Positions 29,936 through 40,566 of a stretch of DNA of 64,000 bases are shown one piece after another (within the stretch, counting starts at the first letter, position 1; each line of letters begins with the position of its first letter). The DNA comes from an uncultured Pseudomonadales bacterium (GTDB lineage Bacteria; Patescibacteriota; Microgenomatia; UBA1400; CAYXSR01). A model generated the notes under the pieces. That model did not search any database, was not told the origin of the DNA, and saw only the letters and a list, made by a program, of their open reading frames with translations. The stretch lies in contig CAYXSR010000002.1 in NCBI GenBank assembly GCA_964467735.1, forward strand, positions 51,885 to 115,884, in the 5' to 3' direction. A program made the position numbers and the translations under genes.

Positions 29936-31116
29936 TACTTTTCTCTCATTGCTTCAAATTCATTATTAATTATCTTTGTCCAAGTATAATCATCGATAAC
30001 ATTTTTAAATTTTAATTTTTTATAATCGTCTTTAAGAATAAATTGAGCTATTTTTGAATATTCACCGATTTTAAATTGCTTTATTTGATTATTCTTAATT
30101 TCCTTGGCATATAAGTGTTTAAAAGCGGGTAAATTATAGGTTATGATTGGTTTATTGCATACCACTGCTTCAAGAATAGAATGACCAGAAGCTTCGTCAT
30201 GACTTAAAGAAATAAATAACTTTGAGCGTCTATAAATATCCCCCTTTTTCTTGCCAACTATATAACCAAAGTGAATAAAGTTGTTTTCTAGTCCATAGTC
30301 TTTTATCTTCTGATAAAACTGTTTTTTAACATCTTTTTCACCCTCTCCTAAAATTCCGATCTTAAAATTTTTTCTCCTATCACATACGAGTTTAGCAACT
30401 TCAACTAAATCCAAAATTCCTTTGGCCAGATGGATACGACCACAATACAATAAGTCAATTTGTTGTGTTTTGGAAGGGATTTTACCTTTAAAAATTTCTG
30501 TCTCAATTCCATATTGACCTGCTGTTTGAATAATTTTTTTGTATCCCTTCTTTTTGTAAAAATCTTTAACTAATTTAGTTATTACAAAAATTCCGTCAGC
30601 TTTATAGAGTAATATATTCCCTAATTGAAAAGATAAATAAGGAATAAAATTTTTTATCCTTGAACCTGGTCGCTTAGTTGGAGACGGCACTGTATTATCT
30701 ACCATCACAAACCATTTTATCTTCTGGTCAAATAATTTTAAAAACCAAGGAATAATTAAAAAATCAATTACTGATGATTGAGAATAAACTACATTAAATT
30801 TATTTTTTAAGTCAGGAATTTGAAAAAGGGCTAAAAAATTAGTTTTGATAATTTCCCAAATTAACGAGTAAGAGTTTGTGGGTTGATGCTTGTGATTGAG
30901 GATAATATAGTTAACTTTTTTTAAATGGTGTTGATAAAAAACCTGTCCTTCTTTCGTACAAAAAATGGTTATTAAAGCGCCTTTCTTCTGCCACCCTCTA
31001 ATTTTGATCAAAGGAATTACCCTGCTTATTCCATCAACGTAATTAAGATCATGAATAAGAATTTTTAACATAGTCTTTTTATTTCCTCTAAATACTGAAT
31101 GGCTGCCTTTTTCCAT
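29935..31116 (-). CDS. Glycosyltransferase, GT-B (GT4-like), paralog of 27759..28910
   Basis: See the paralog feature above. DEASGHSILEAVVCNKPIITYNLPAFKHLY parallels DEHCPQVVIEALAANKQVVAYELPIYYDVF. Confidence 0.6.
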   Translation of the reverse strand: MEKGSHSVFRGNKKTMLKILIHDLNYVDGISRVIPLIKIRGWQKKGALITIFCTKEGQVFYQHHLKKVNYIILNHKHQPTNSYSLIWEIIKTNFLALFQIPDLKNKFNVVYSQSSVIDFLIIPWFLKLFDQKIKWFVMVDNTVPSPTKRPGSRIKNFIPYLSFQLGNILLYKADGIFVITKLVKDFYKKKGYKKIIQTAGQYGIETEIFKGKIPSKTQQIDLLYCGRIHLAKGILDLVEVAKLVCDRRKNFKIGILGEGEKDVKKQFYQKIKDYGLENNFIHFGYIVGKKKGDIYRRSKLFISLSHDEASGHSILEAVVCNKPIITYNLPAFKHLYAKEIKNNQIKQFKIGEYSKIAQFILKDDYKKLKFKNVIDDYTWTKIINNEFEAMREK

Positions 31117-32246
31117 GAAAATCTTTTAATATGAGCCTCTACTTTACTTAAATAGTGATTGTATTTTTTTGAACTAAAATCGATAACTTCATTAATTTTG
31201 GCAGTCATATCTTTGATATCTCTTGGGTTGAATAATAACTGTTTACAACCAAGAACTTCAGGAATAGAACCAGTATTAGAGGCAACCGGCAGACATCCAC
31301 AAACAGTTGACTCGATAATCGGCAAGCCAAAACCTTCTTCAAAAGAAGGATAAATAAAAATCTTAGCAAAGGAATAAAGTGTTCTTAATTCATCTTTGCT
31401 TACATAACCCAAAAATTTAACCCTTTTTTCCACTTTATTTTGACTTATAAAATTCTTAATCTTTTCAATGTGATCTTTAGGCAATAAACCAGAAATCAAA
31501 AGCTGATAATTATCATATTCTTTAATATATCTAAAAGCTTTTACCAGACCATAGATGTTCTTTCTCTCCTGATTGGTGGCATTGGTAAAAATATATTTAC
31601 TGGTAATTTTATACTTTTTTTTAACTTGAAAAAATTTATTTCTACTCTTTACCTGATAAAAATAGTCATCCCTTCCTTCGTAGATTACTTTTATCTTCTT
31701 CAAATCAGCTTTGTAGACTTTTATAAGTTGTCTTTTAGTAAAGAAAGAAGGAACCAAAACTTTATCTGCCTTTTTTAAGATAAAGGGCATTACCGTTTTC
31801 ATATAAACAACTAGGCTTGTATAAATCTTAAAAATATTACTTTTATAAGTCAAAAAACTTAAATCGTGAATAACTGTTATAAATCTCATTCCTTTTGGTT
31901 TTATTACTGGAAGAATAAAACTGGGGGAAATAAAAATATTTATTTTTTGTTCTTTTAAAAGCTTTAAGATATAAAAATTATCAAAAAAAACATTAGAAAG
32001 TCTTTCATCGATTTGATGCAGCTTATCCAGCAAGTTTGATTTAGCTATTATATGAGTTACATTCTTTGACACTTTTTCCTTGCCAGTAGAGAAAAAAATG
32101 AACTCAAACTTATCTTTAGAATTAAACAATTTGTTCTGCTTTAATATCTCGTTAAAAAGACAATAAGTAAAATTTTGAATTCCTGAAGCTTGGAATTCAA
32201 GCATTCTAACGTTAACTCCCACCCTAATTTTATTACTCTTTTTCAT
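31065..32246 (-). CDS. Glycosyltransferase family 4 (GT-B)
   Basis: EEGFGLPIIESTVCGCLPVASNTGSIPEV. The track start is 32267; the likely start is the Met of MKKSNKIRV at 32246, which gives an ATGA-type overlap with the upstream methyltransferase stop. Confidence 0.7.
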   Translation of the reverse strand: MKKSNKIRVGVNVRMLEFQASGIQNFTYCLFNEILKQNKLFNSKDKFEFIFFSTGKEKVSKNVTHIIAKSNLLDKLHQIDERLSNVFFDNFYILKLLKEQKINIFISPSFILPVIKPKGMRFITVIHDLSFLTYKSNIFKIYTSLVVYMKTVMPFILKKADKVLVPSFFTKRQLIKVYKADLKKIKVIYEGRDDYFYQVKSRNKFFQVKKKYKITSKYIFTNATNQERKNIYGLVKAFRYIKEYDNYQLLISGLLPKDHIEKIKNFISQNKVEKRVKFLGYVSKDELRTLYSFAKIFIYPSFEEGFGLPIIESTVCGCLPVASNTGSIPEVLGCKQLLFNPRDIKDMTAKINEVIDFSSKKYNHYLSKVEAHIKRFSWKKAAIQYLEEIKRLC

Positions 32247-32923
32247 TCCTTCCTGGCCACTAACCATAAACTACCTCCAATGTCGCTCTTGTTGAAAAAA
32301 GTCCTAATAAACTTTGGTGAGGAATAAAGAATTGTTTCGTTAATTATAACCTCAAAACCCACCTGTTTTAATAAAAAACCAAGGCTTTTCCTGTTAAAAA
32401 GGTGTAAATGAGTTTTATCTTTATAACCAAACCAGTTTTTTTTAAAGATCCACTCAAATAAAGAATTAATATTAGGTGTTTGGATCATTAACAAGCCATT
32501 TTTTTTCAAAATTCTTTTTGCCTCACAGAGAAATCTGTAAGGAGATTCCAGGTGTTCTATGAGGTCTTGAGCTATTATAGCTTCAAAGTAATTATTATTA
32601 TATGGTAAACCATTATCAATATCTTTCCTAACTAGGCAGGCACTGGTGTTTTTTTTCGCCCTCTTAAGAGCAAAAGCCGAGATATCAATTCCAAAAGTCA
32701 AAAAGCCCTCTTTATCTAAAAAAGATAAAAGATTACCATAAGCACAACCAACATCTAAAATCTTTGATTTTTTTTTACATTTAGCAAGTAATTGTTTTAT
32801 CCGATTCTCATAAAGATAGGTGATATTGCTTGATTTGTAACCAAAACCAGACTCATAATTCTTGTAGTAATTTTTCCCGTAATAACTATTTGTTTTATTT
32901 CTAGATTTTAGCAATTTTGCCAT
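32243..32923 (-). CDS. Class I SAM-dependent methyltransferase
   Basis: [38 protein letters not shown]...[13 protein letters not shown]. Confidence 0.7.
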   Translation of the reverse strand: MAKLLKSRNKTNSYYGKNYYKNYESGFGYKSSNITYLYENRIKQLLAKCKKKSKILDVGCAYGNLLSFLDKEGFLTFGIDISAFALKRAKKNTSACLVRKDIDNGLPYNNNYFEAIIAQDLIEHLESPYRFLCEAKRILKKNGLLMIQTPNINSLFEWIFKKNWFGYKDKTHLHLFNRKSLGFLLKQVGFEVIINETILYSSPKFIRTFFNKSDIGGSLWLVARKE

Positions 32924-33510
32924 TTTTTCTTTTTAAAATTATATTTTTTTATAACTTTTGCGGGCGTACCGGCAACCACAGAGTAAGCAGGAACATCTTT
33001 TGTTACAACAGAATTGGCGCCAATCACAGCGTGTTTACTAATTTTCAGATTACCCAAAATCACGGCATTAATACCAATAAAACAATCATCCTCTATAATT
33101 ATAGTACCCTTTACTGCAACTGGTTGATTAATAATTGGTATTTTTATATTTTGATAATCATGAATGTGGTCAAGAATAGTTACTCTGGCTGAGGTTAAAA
33201 CATTCTTTCCAATTTCAATCCGGTTTGCAGCAATAATCATTGAATAAGAACCAATACTGCAGTTATCACCAATAATTAATTTTGGTTTCTTATTTTTTTC
33301 AGTAACAGTATCTAACCAGGAGAACATTCCAACATTAACATTATTTCCCAAAAAAATATTCTTAGGACAATTGGTATTTAGCAGTGGTCTTATCGCACAG
33401 TTTTTACCGATTTTGCCAAATTTGTTACTAATTAAAAAGGTATAAATATTAAATATTTGACCTAATAGTAAACCGAATCTTGCAGTTTTTCTTTTCATTC
33501 TCCTGTTCAT
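32908..33510 (-). CDS. Sugar O-/N-acetyltransferase, hexapeptide-repeat (LbH) family
   Basis: [17 protein letters not shown]...[48 protein letters not shown]. Confidence 0.7.
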   Translation of the reverse strand: MNRRMKRKTARFGLLLGQIFNIYTFLISNKFGKIGKNCAIRPLLNTNCPKNIFLGNNVNVGMFSWLDTVTEKNKKPKLIIGDNCSIGSYSMIIAANRIEIGKNVLTSARVTILDHIHDYQNIKIPIINQPVAVKGTIIIEDDCFIGINAVILGNLKISKHAVIGANSVVTKDVPAYSVVAGTPAKVIKKYNFKKKKWQNC

Positions 33511-34535
33511 GTCAGTTCTATCTTAATTTTATTAGCAATACTTTTAGAAAGCATCTTGCTTTTATAAAGATCAACAATTTTTCTTAAAAGAAATCGCGGC
33601 GTAAATAAACAAACTAAGGTATAAAACCAAAATCTTTTATCAATAAGACTAGCAGGACGATATTTTATATGAACGCATATCTCTTCCAGCAAATCCTTTA
33701 AATAACTATAGTTTTTTATCTGTACCAATCCAACATAGTTTTGAGCCATGTAATTCTGACATATTTTTCTTTCTCTTTGATATTTTTTCCCAGGCAAAAT
33801 GTATTCAAAAACATCCATCCATGTTTGAGTCGGTGAAGGCTCATAAATTGCCGGCTTAAACCGACACTGACTTTCATAGATACCAACCGCTACAATATAA
33901 TCTTTGAGAAATATCGCTTTGTGGTCTTTTAAAATCGAGAAGAATGGGTAAGCTTGAGAAGTAAAAACATGCTCATGAAAAGGTTGTTTTAGATATTTCG
34001 TTCGATATGCCAAACCAGAAACCAAAAAGACTCCCCTAACTACTGCTTCCAATTTTTTCGGACTACTATTTATAGATATTATTGTGTCTTTTTTTATACT
34101 TGGAGGCGGCCAGTGCCTAACTGGAATTTTTGGATCATATTCAAACTGATAGTATGGGCGGGTAACTACTCCAACATCATCATCCAATTCAAAAGCTCTA
34201 ACTATTTTTAACAAAGCATTTTTTAGAAAAATATCATCCTGAGCCATCAAAACCATAATGTCACTTTTTATTTTATCTCTAAAACTATTTAAATTCTTGC
34301 CGTACCCAAGGTTCATTTTATTCTTATAAAATTTTATTCTTTTGTCCTTGATATTTTTGATAATTTTTTCTGTATCATCCTTTGAATAATCATCATTAAT
34401 TATAATTTCAAAATTCTGATAACTCTGTTTCAAAATACTATTTATTGTCCTTTTAATTGTGTTGCTACCGTTAAAAGTTGGTATACAAATGCTTAATTTG
34501 AGTTTGTTTTTACTATTAAATGTTTTTTTTATCAT
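33507..34535 (-). CDS. Glycosyltransferase family 2 (GT-A), paralogous to 42398..43426
   Basis: [46 protein letters not shown]...[14 protein letters not shown]...MAQDDIFL parallels FSIVIPTYNRYQNLKKAINSILLQDFKDFEIVISDNHSTDKTKQIV...NFGAEGNYKKAFNR...MGDDDLII. Confidence 0.7.
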   Translation of the reverse strand: MIKKTFNSKNKLKLSICIPTFNGSNTIKRTINSILKQSYQNFEIIINDDYSKDDTEKIIKNIKDKRIKFYKNKMNLGYGKNLNSFRDKIKSDIMVLMAQDDIFLKNALLKIVRAFELDDDVGVVTRPYYQFEYDPKIPVRHWPPPSIKKDTIISINSSPKKLEAVVRGVFLVSGLAYRTKYLKQPFHEHVFTSQAYPFFSILKDHKAIFLKDYIVAVGIYESQCRFKPAIYEPSPTQTWMDVFEYILPGKKYQRERKICQNYMAQNYVGLVQIKNYSYLKDLLEEICVHIKYRPASLIDKRFWFYTLVCLFTPRFLLRKIVDLYKSKMLSKSIANKIKIELT

Positions 34536-34560
34536 TTTTTCAGAACTTTCTTATAAACTA

Positions 34561-35268
34561 TCATTTATCTTTCAGTGAGTAAAAAAACCAACGATTCACT
34601 AAAAAGTAAGGCATAATGTTTGCAAGAAATATATCAATTTTTTCTAACAGAAAAGCATTTCTAGGTAGGATTGGGAAAAAGCCGCTTTTCTTAATATTCC
34701 TAAGTAAGAATTTATTATCATCAAGCATCCTTTTAATCCTATTCATTGTAAAAAAGTTAACATGATAATAGCCTAGGGTTGTCGTAATCTTCAATATCTT
34801 CCTTAAATAAATTAAAGGAAGATCAAAAAACAATTCGTAGCTACCATAACCATTGGGAATCGAGAGAATAAAAAGACCTTTTTCCTTTAGTAGTTGATGG
34901 GCTTTTCTCAAAATTATATCAGGATTGTTAACGTGTTCTAAAACTTCTGTTAATAAAACAACGTCATATTTTTTTGTGGTCTTAAGATTTTCAATTGAAC
35001 TTTTCATCAACTTAATATTTCTTCGTGGAATCCCCAGTTTATCTGTAAAAATTTTGAAGTTATTTAATAACTTAGCATTCATATCTACGCAAGTAACTTT
35101 ATATCCAAGCTTTAACAAAGGAAGAGAAACATGACCATACCCAGTTCCCAAGTCAATAATTTTTACCCTATCTTTATTCATTTTTACACAATGCTCTTCT
35201 GTCGGTTTAATAATGTTATCTAAATTATCTTTATTAAGAGGAGATAGAGAACTTTTTTTATTTTTCAT
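34561..35268 (-). CDS. Class I SAM-dependent methyltransferase
   Basis: IIDLGTGYGHVSLPLLKLGYKVTCVDMNAKLLNN...YDVVLLTEVLEHV. Confidence 0.65.
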   Translation of the reverse strand: MKNKKSSLSPLNKDNLDNIIKPTEEHCVKMNKDRVKIIDLGTGYGHVSLPLLKLGYKVTCVDMNAKLLNNFKIFTDKLGIPRRNIKLMKSSIENLKTTKKYDVVLLTEVLEHVNNPDIILRKAHQLLKEKGLFILSIPNGYGSYELFFDLPLIYLRKILKITTTLGYYHVNFFTMNRIKRMLDDNKFLLRNIKKSGFFPILPRNAFLLEKIDIFLANIMPYFLVNRWFFYSLKDK

Positions 35269-36502
35269 TTAAAAATTTTGCAAATTGTTTAATAATATAG
35301 TTTATCATTTTTTTATCTATCCCGGGAAAAACACCAATCCAAAAACCGTCATTCATAATTTTATCTGAATTTTTTAATCTTCCAATTTTTCTACATTTAA
35401 TATCTAAATAGGCCGGATGTTTTAAGATATTGCCGGCAAAAAGGTTTCGAGTGCCGATTTTTTTTGATTCTAAGTATTTAACTAATTCTAGGCGAGTAAA
35501 AGGAGCTTTATCCTTTAAAATAATCATAAAACCAAACCAACATGGATTACTATTCTTTTCTGGTTCTTGAAAAAAGAAATATTTGTTGTATTTTTCAAGT
35601 CCCTTTTTAAGCAAAAGATAGTTTTCCTGCCTTTTTCTAATAAATTGCGGCAGTTTATCCATTTGAGCTACTCCTATTGCCGCTTGAAAATCAGTCAACT
35701 TCAAGTTGTAACCTATTTGAGAATAAATATATTTATGGTCATATCCAAAAGGTAGCTTCCCCAATTGCCAACTAAACCTTTTGCCGCAACTATTGTCTTC
35801 TCCTGTACCACACCAACAATCTCTGCCCCAGTCCCGAAATTGCCTTAGGGAACGATAAATCAAAGGACTGCTGGTAACAACCGCACCTCCTTCTGCCATT
35901 GTTATTTGATGGGCGGGATAAAAACTGAAGGTCGCCAAATCGCCAAATCCACCAAGATATTTTCCTTTATATGTTGAACCTAAGGCGTCACAACAATCCT
36001 CAATTAGCCAGATATTATTTTTCCTGGCAATCTTTTTAATCTCTACCAAGTCAAAAGGATTTCCTAAAGTATGAGCAAGTATTATTAGTTTTGTTTTTTT
36101 AGTTATGGCCTTTTTCAAACCAGATATATTGATATTTAATGTTTTTAAATCAATATCTACAAAAACTGGTTTTAAGCCGTAAAGAAAACCAGGATTTACT
36201 GTTGTGGGGAAAGCAACGGCCGTTGTAATAAATTCATCGCCTTTTTTTAAAGCTCTTTTTTTAAATACTTTTGAAGTTAAAGCCGCTACTGCCAAAAGAT
36301 TTGCCGAAGAACCGGAATTGACAAGAACTGTATGTTTTATTGATAGAAAACTAGTAAATCTTTTTTCAAACTTTTTGGCAAATTCACCTTCAGTCCAATA
36401 CCCATCTTTTGCAACTTTAATAATATTGTTTATCTCTCTATGGTCAAATACTTTTCTGGTGGTAGGAATATAATCAATTCCCGGAAGAAATGAATCTTTC
36501 AT
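35258..36502 (-). CDS. ddhC: CDP-6-deoxy-D-xylo-4-hexulose 3-dehydrase (E1; PMP- and [2Fe-2S]-dependent, DegT/DnrJ/EryC1 fold)
   Basis: LVNSGSSANLLAVAAL (RfbH/AscC-type N-terminal motif). The active-site region SFYPAHQITMAEGG has His where true aminotransferases have the Schiff-base Lys. Cysteine spacing: EDCC...(57 residues, counted by hand)...RDCWCGTGEDNSCGK gives C-X57-C-X1-C-X7-C, the arrangement I recall as the E1 [2Fe-2S] motif. Confidence 0.8.
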   Translation of the reverse strand: MKDSFLPGIDYIPTTRKVFDHREINNIIKVAKDGYWTEGEFAKKFEKRFTSFLSIKHTVLVNSGSSANLLAVAALTSKVFKKRALKKGDEFITTAVAFPTTVNPGFLYGLKPVFVDIDLKTLNINISGLKKAITKKTKLIILAHTLGNPFDLVEIKKIARKNNIWLIEDCCDALGSTYKGKYLGGFGDLATFSFYPAHQITMAEGGAVVTSSPLIYRSLRQFRDWGRDCWCGTGEDNSCGKRFSWQLGKLPFGYDHKYIYSQIGYNLKLTDFQAAIGVAQMDKLPQFIRKRQENYLLLKKGLEKYNKYFFFQEPEKNSNPCWFGFMIILKDKAPFTRLELVKYLESKKIGTRNLFAGNILKHPAYLDIKCRKIGRLKNSDKIMNDGFWIGVFPGIDKKMINYIIKQFAKFLNEK

Positions 36503-36507
36503 TTGAT

Positions 36508-37551
36508 CTATTTTATATAAGAACGAATTGTTTTGAAAACTGCTTCTCTAGTAGAAGTAGTTGGACAGTAGTTAAAAGTTTTAATGAATTTAGTTATGTC
36601 GGGCTTAATTGCCTTGACCACGTTTTTATAATAATTAATTTCTTTTTGCTTAACAACCACTTTTATCTTCCGGCCATATTGCTTGGTAAACTCTTGGGCA
36701 ATTATTTTTGCGAATCCTCCAACTGAAACTAAATCTTTACCTCCTACATTATATACTTCGCCGCTTTTACCTTTTAGCAATATTTTTAAAAACATTATGG
36801 TAGCATCTTTAATATAAAGCATTACTCTTTTGATTGTGCTATCTCCATAAAGTTTTATATCTTCTCCTTTTAGTCCCTGACTAATAAAATCACTAAACAT
36901 TCTTCCATCTTCTAAGTTCATTCCCGGGCCAAAGGTGTGAAAAATTCTGGCAATCTTTATTGGAATTTTCTTTTCCCAAAAATAACTCATTCCTATTGTT
37001 TCAGCTACCTTCTTCGCTTCAAAATAGCAGGCTCTCGGATCTAAATGATTTGTTTTCCCTACATAATCTTCTTTAATTGCCTTATTTTTTGGTGGAGATC
37101 CGTATACCTCACCAGAGCTAAAAAAAAGCATGCTTTTTGTTTTAGAGCTACAAAGTTCCATCACATTAAACAAACCCAAGATGTTGGCACTTAAAGTATC
37201 AACCATGTTTTTGGTGAAAATTTTGGGCGCTGCTTTAGAGGCAGCATGAATAATATAATCAAATTCTATTTCGGTTTTAATCTTTTCCGAAATGTCTTGA
37301 TTGTAGTAGGTTATGTTTCTGTCGTTACCAAAGGCCTTTTTATCTCTTCTTATAACTAAATAAAGTTTTGTAGGCTTTTTTAAGATGTTTTTATTAGCAA
37401 ACAATAAGGTGTAAACAATATAAGAAGTCAGCATTCCAGCGGCACCGGTTATTAAAATATTGCTCCCTTCTAATTTTTTTAAATCTGTTCTTAATTCTTT
37501 AGCAATATTTTTAACATCTGCCCGAATTATCCGATTATCTCTGTAATTCAT
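36508..37551 (-). CDS. NAD(P)-dependent sugar-nucleotide epimerase/reductase (extended SDR)
   Basis: N-terminal ILITGAAGMLTSYIV Rossmann motif and catalytic YFEAK (YxxxK). Its position directly downstream of E1 suggests a CDP-4-keto-3,6-dideoxyhexose 4-reductase (abequose/paratose-synthase-like) or a YerF-like reductase. The specific role is inference. Confidence 0.6.
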   Translation of the reverse strand: MNYRDNRIIRADVKNIAKELRTDLKKLEGSNILITGAAGMLTSYIVYTLLFANKNILKKPTKLYLVIRRDKKAFGNDRNITYYNQDISEKIKTEIEFDYIIHAASKAAPKIFTKNMVDTLSANILGLFNVMELCSSKTKSMLFFSSGEVYGSPPKNKAIKEDYVGKTNHLDPRACYFEAKKVAETIGMSYFWEKKIPIKIARIFHTFGPGMNLEDGRMFSDFISQGLKGEDIKLYGDSTIKRVMLYIKDATIMFLKILLKGKSGEVYNVGGKDLVSVGGFAKIIAQEFTKQYGRKIKVVVKQKEINYYKNVVKAIKPDITKFIKTFNYCPTTSTREAVFKTIRSYIK

Positions 37552-37553
37552 AT

Positions 37554-38717
37554 TCAGTTCCTCAATGTTTCAAGAGCTGTTTTTATTTTCCGAAGTCCTT
37601 TATTTAAGTTCTCCATGGAAGTTGCGTATGAAATTCGCAAATAACCCTCTCCATACTTGCCAAATGAAGTGCCATCAAGCAATGCTACCCCAGCTTTTTC
37701 TAATAAATAGTCTGCCATCCACCTAGAACTCTTTTTAAAAGATTTAATATTCGGAAAAACATAAAAAGCGCCTTCTGGATTTTGACATTTTACCCCAGGA
37801 ATACTATTTAAATAATCAACTACAAATTGACGTCTCTTATTAAACTCTTTTACCATATTCCTAACACTTAACTGTGAACCCTCTAAAGCCGCCACCCCAG
37901 CGTATTGAGTAAAAGTGGCAGTACAACCAATTGTGTGAGTTAATAAATAATCAATTCTTTCCTCAAATACTTTTGGATAAACCATATAACCCAAGCGCCA
38001 ACCAGTCATAGAATAACTTTTAGAAAAGCCATCCACCAGAATTGTTCTTTTCTTCATTCCGCGACAGTTAATGATAGTCGTATGAGGCTTGCCAGAATAA
38101 ATAATCTTAGAGTAAATTTCATCGGACAAAATCCAACATTTAGTAAGTGAAGCTATTTTGCTCAAATCTTTTTTAGAAATTAGACCGCCGGTGGGATTGC
38201 TAGGAGAATTTATTATCACTAACTTAGTCTTTTTAGATAAAGATTTTTGGAAAACTTCCATATCAAAACTAAATCCTTTTTCTTCAAGTAAGGGCACTGG
38301 CTTTGGAATGCATCCAAAAAATTTAGTTAATGATAAATAAGTTGGAAAGCCAGGATCTGGATAAATTACCTCATCACCTTTTTCTAAAACTGCTGCCATG
38401 GCAAGAAAAATGCCGGCTTTTGTTGAGGGAGTGATGGCTATTCCATTTAGGGAAATTTTTATTTTTCTGGTTCGAGAAACTTCATTAGCAATCGTTTGTC
38501 TTAAGTCTTTTATTCCAAGGGGAGGAGTGTATTTCGTTAGACCTTTTTTTATCGATTTTATTGCTTCTTCGCAAATATAAGTCGGGGTCGGAAAATCTGG
38601 TTGGCCAATTTCAAGGTGAATTATTCTTTTACCTTTGGCTTCTAAAGCTTGAGCTTTACCCAAAACTGCATAAGCACCTTCAGGCTCGAGAACAGCGATC
38701 CTTTTGGCAATTTTCAT
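37554..38717 (-). CDS. PLP-dependent aminotransferase, class I/II (aspartate aminotransferase fold)
   Basis: IHLEIGQPDFPTP (fold-type I N-terminal motif) ... NSPSNPTGG ... GFSKSYSMTGWRLGY (PLP lysine region). Confidence 0.7.
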   Translation of the reverse strand: MKIAKRIAVLEPEGAYAVLGKAQALEAKGKRIIHLEIGQPDFPTPTYICEEAIKSIKKGLTKYTPPLGIKDLRQTIANEVSRTRKIKISLNGIAITPSTKAGIFLAMAAVLEKGDEVIYPDPGFPTYLSLTKFFGCIPKPVPLLEEKGFSFDMEVFQKSLSKKTKLVIINSPSNPTGGLISKKDLSKIASLTKCWILSDEIYSKIIYSGKPHTTIINCRGMKKRTILVDGFSKSYSMTGWRLGYMVYPKVFEERIDYLLTHTIGCTATFTQYAGVAALEGSQLSVRNMVKEFNKRRQFVVDYLNSIPGVKCQNPEGAFYVFPNIKSFKKSSRWMADYLLEKAGVALLDGTSFGKYGEGYLRISYATSMENLNKGLRKIKTALETLRN

Positions 38718-40531
38718 TCTTCCTCTACCGGAGCAACAAACATATTTTTTAAGAATTCTTCTCGCGGTAGAAAGGGAAACATGTCTTCTAAAGGCTTGGA
38801 CACCATTTTTCCTTCTTTGGTTTTCCTGGAACTAACTGTTGGAATAATGGGCTGTTCTTTGGGAGAAATTATTTCACAAATAACTGGGCCCTTTGTTTTA
38901 AAAGCATATTCTAGGGCTTTATCAAGCTCACTGTTTTTATTAGCTTTTACATAATTTATTCCATAAGCACGGGCTATTTTTTTACAACTTGGAAAAGAAA
39001 CACCTGAACTAGGACCTTCGCCAATAAGTCTTCCAAAATAATTCTTCTGGGTAAATCTTATAGAAAGATAGCCATCATTGTTAATTATAAATATTTTGAT
39101 CGGTAGCTTATGGTGAATAATAGTCTGCAGTTCTTGAATATTTTGCTGGAAAGAACCATCACCATTAATACAAATAACCCTACCTTTATTAGAAGCAAAA
39201 CTAGCCCCAATACTGGCTGGAAGACTGTAACCCATAGCTCCAAAACCACCCGAGGTAAGGTACCGCATGTTTTTTCTGACCTTTATGGTCTGGGGTCCAA
39301 CATAAAGAACTGATCCTGCATCAGTTATCACAATTTCATTACTCTTTAAGTAATTGGAAAGCTTGTCAAAAAAATAATAAATGTTAATTTCTTTTTTTAA
39401 TTTTCTATATTCCGGTAAAACTGGATTGTATTTTCTTCTCCATCCCACACATACCTTAAGCCATTTGCTGTTAAAATGATATTTTTCCTCATCTAGAGTC
39501 TTTAAGGTTTTTGTAAGAAAGTTATCAATGTCCGCTTGAATTAAAAGGTCTATTTTTACGGCTTTCTTCTGGTGAGAACATTTATCTATATCAACAACAA
39601 CAATTTTTGCTTCTCTGGCAAAAAAACTATATTCAAAGCCTATCTCTGATATTGGAAGGCTACTTCCTAACACTAGCAACAGATCAGAATTCTGAACTGC
39701 AAAGTTGCCTGCCCTTGTTCCCTTAATACCAATTCTTCCCGTATAGCTAGGATTGTTGGTAGTAATTACATCAACACCCAGATAAGTTGTAACTACGGGA
39801 ATATTGTATTTCTTAATAAACTTTCCAAAGTTATCAATCGCCCCAGAAGCTCTAACTCCTCCACCGGCTAAAATTACCGGTCTTTTTGCCTGCTTTAATA
39901 AATTTACAAAAGTTTTAATATCTTTAGCACTCGCTTTGCTTATTTTGTCTACTGGAGGAGTAAAACTGCGGAGACTTTTAGAATCAATATAGGCTCCTTG
40001 TACATCTAAAGGTACATCAAGCCAAACTGGTCCCGGTCTGCCTGATTTTGCTGCATATATTGCTCTTTGAAGATGATATTTAATGTCTTCTGGTTTATCA
40101 ATAAAAGCGGCGTATTTTGTAATTGCTTTCACCATCGGCATAATATTGATTTCCTGGACTCCACACTGCCTAATCCCCAGGATTTTCATATAACAAGTTG
40201 CCTCTACTCTTTTCGCTTGTCCGGAAATATAAAGGCTGGGGACCGAATCTACATAGGCACCAGCAGTTCCGGTAAAAGCATTAATTGCTCCAGGGCCGGT
40301 GGTAAAGTAACCAACACCTAAATTTCCGGTTACTTTTGCATATCCATCTACTGCCATAGCTGCTGCTTGTTCATGATGATAACAAACAGGTTTAATCTTT
40401 TTGTTTGCCGCCAATCCATCACTTAAATACATCATTCCGCCACCAGAAAGCAAATGAACATGTTTAACCCCACAGTTGGAAATGAATTGGGCAATAAAAT
40501 CGGAGACTCTGATCCTTTTTTTACTTACCAT
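38714..40531 (-). CDS. Thiamine-diphosphate-dependent enzyme, acetolactate synthase large-subunit family (YerE-like candidate)
   Basis: 605 aa. N-terminal VKHVHLLSGGGMMYLSDG (Pyr domain). The ThDP-binding fingerprint is INGDGSFQQNIQELQTIIHHKLPIKIFIINNDGY (GDG..~27..NN). The middle domain resembles the FAD-binding domain of ALS-like enzymes. Confidence 0.7.
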   Translation of the reverse strand: MVSKKRIRVSDFIAQFISNCGVKHVHLLSGGGMMYLSDGLAANKKIKPVCYHHEQAAAMAVDGYAKVTGNLGVGYFTTGPGAINAFTGTAGAYVDSVPSLYISGQAKRVEATCYMKILGIRQCGVQEINIMPMVKAITKYAAFIDKPEDIKYHLQRAIYAAKSGRPGPVWLDVPLDVQGAYIDSKSLRSFTPPVDKISKASAKDIKTFVNLLKQAKRPVILAGGGVRASGAIDNFGKFIKKYNIPVVTTYLGVDVITTNNPSYTGRIGIKGTRAGNFAVQNSDLLLVLGSSLPISEIGFEYSFFAREAKIVVVDIDKCSHQKKAVKIDLLIQADIDNFLTKTLKTLDEEKYHFNSKWLKVCVGWRRKYNPVLPEYRKLKKEINIYYFFDKLSNYLKSNEIVITDAGSVLYVGPQTIKVRKNMRYLTSGGFGAMGYSLPASIGASFASNKGRVICINGDGSFQQNIQELQTIIHHKLPIKIFIINNDGYLSIRFTQKNYFGRLIGEGPSSGVSFPSCKKIARAYGINYVKANKNSELDKALEYAFKTKGPVICEIISPKEQPIIPTVSSRKTKEGKMVSKPLEDMFPFLPREEFLKNMFVAPVEEE

Positions 40532-40566
40532 TTAAAAACCCAATTTAGTATAGAATATAATAATAT

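Noticed and set aside
38714-40531. Considered annotating the ThDP enzyme as biosynthetic acetolactate synthase (ilvB) for branched-chain amino acid synthesis.
   Set aside because: No ilvN small subunit, ilvC or ilvD is nearby. The gene is embedded in a sugar-nucleotide operon next to the E1 dehydrase. A YerE-like sugar-branching role, or another non-ILV role, is more parsimonious. It cannot be settled without a homology search.
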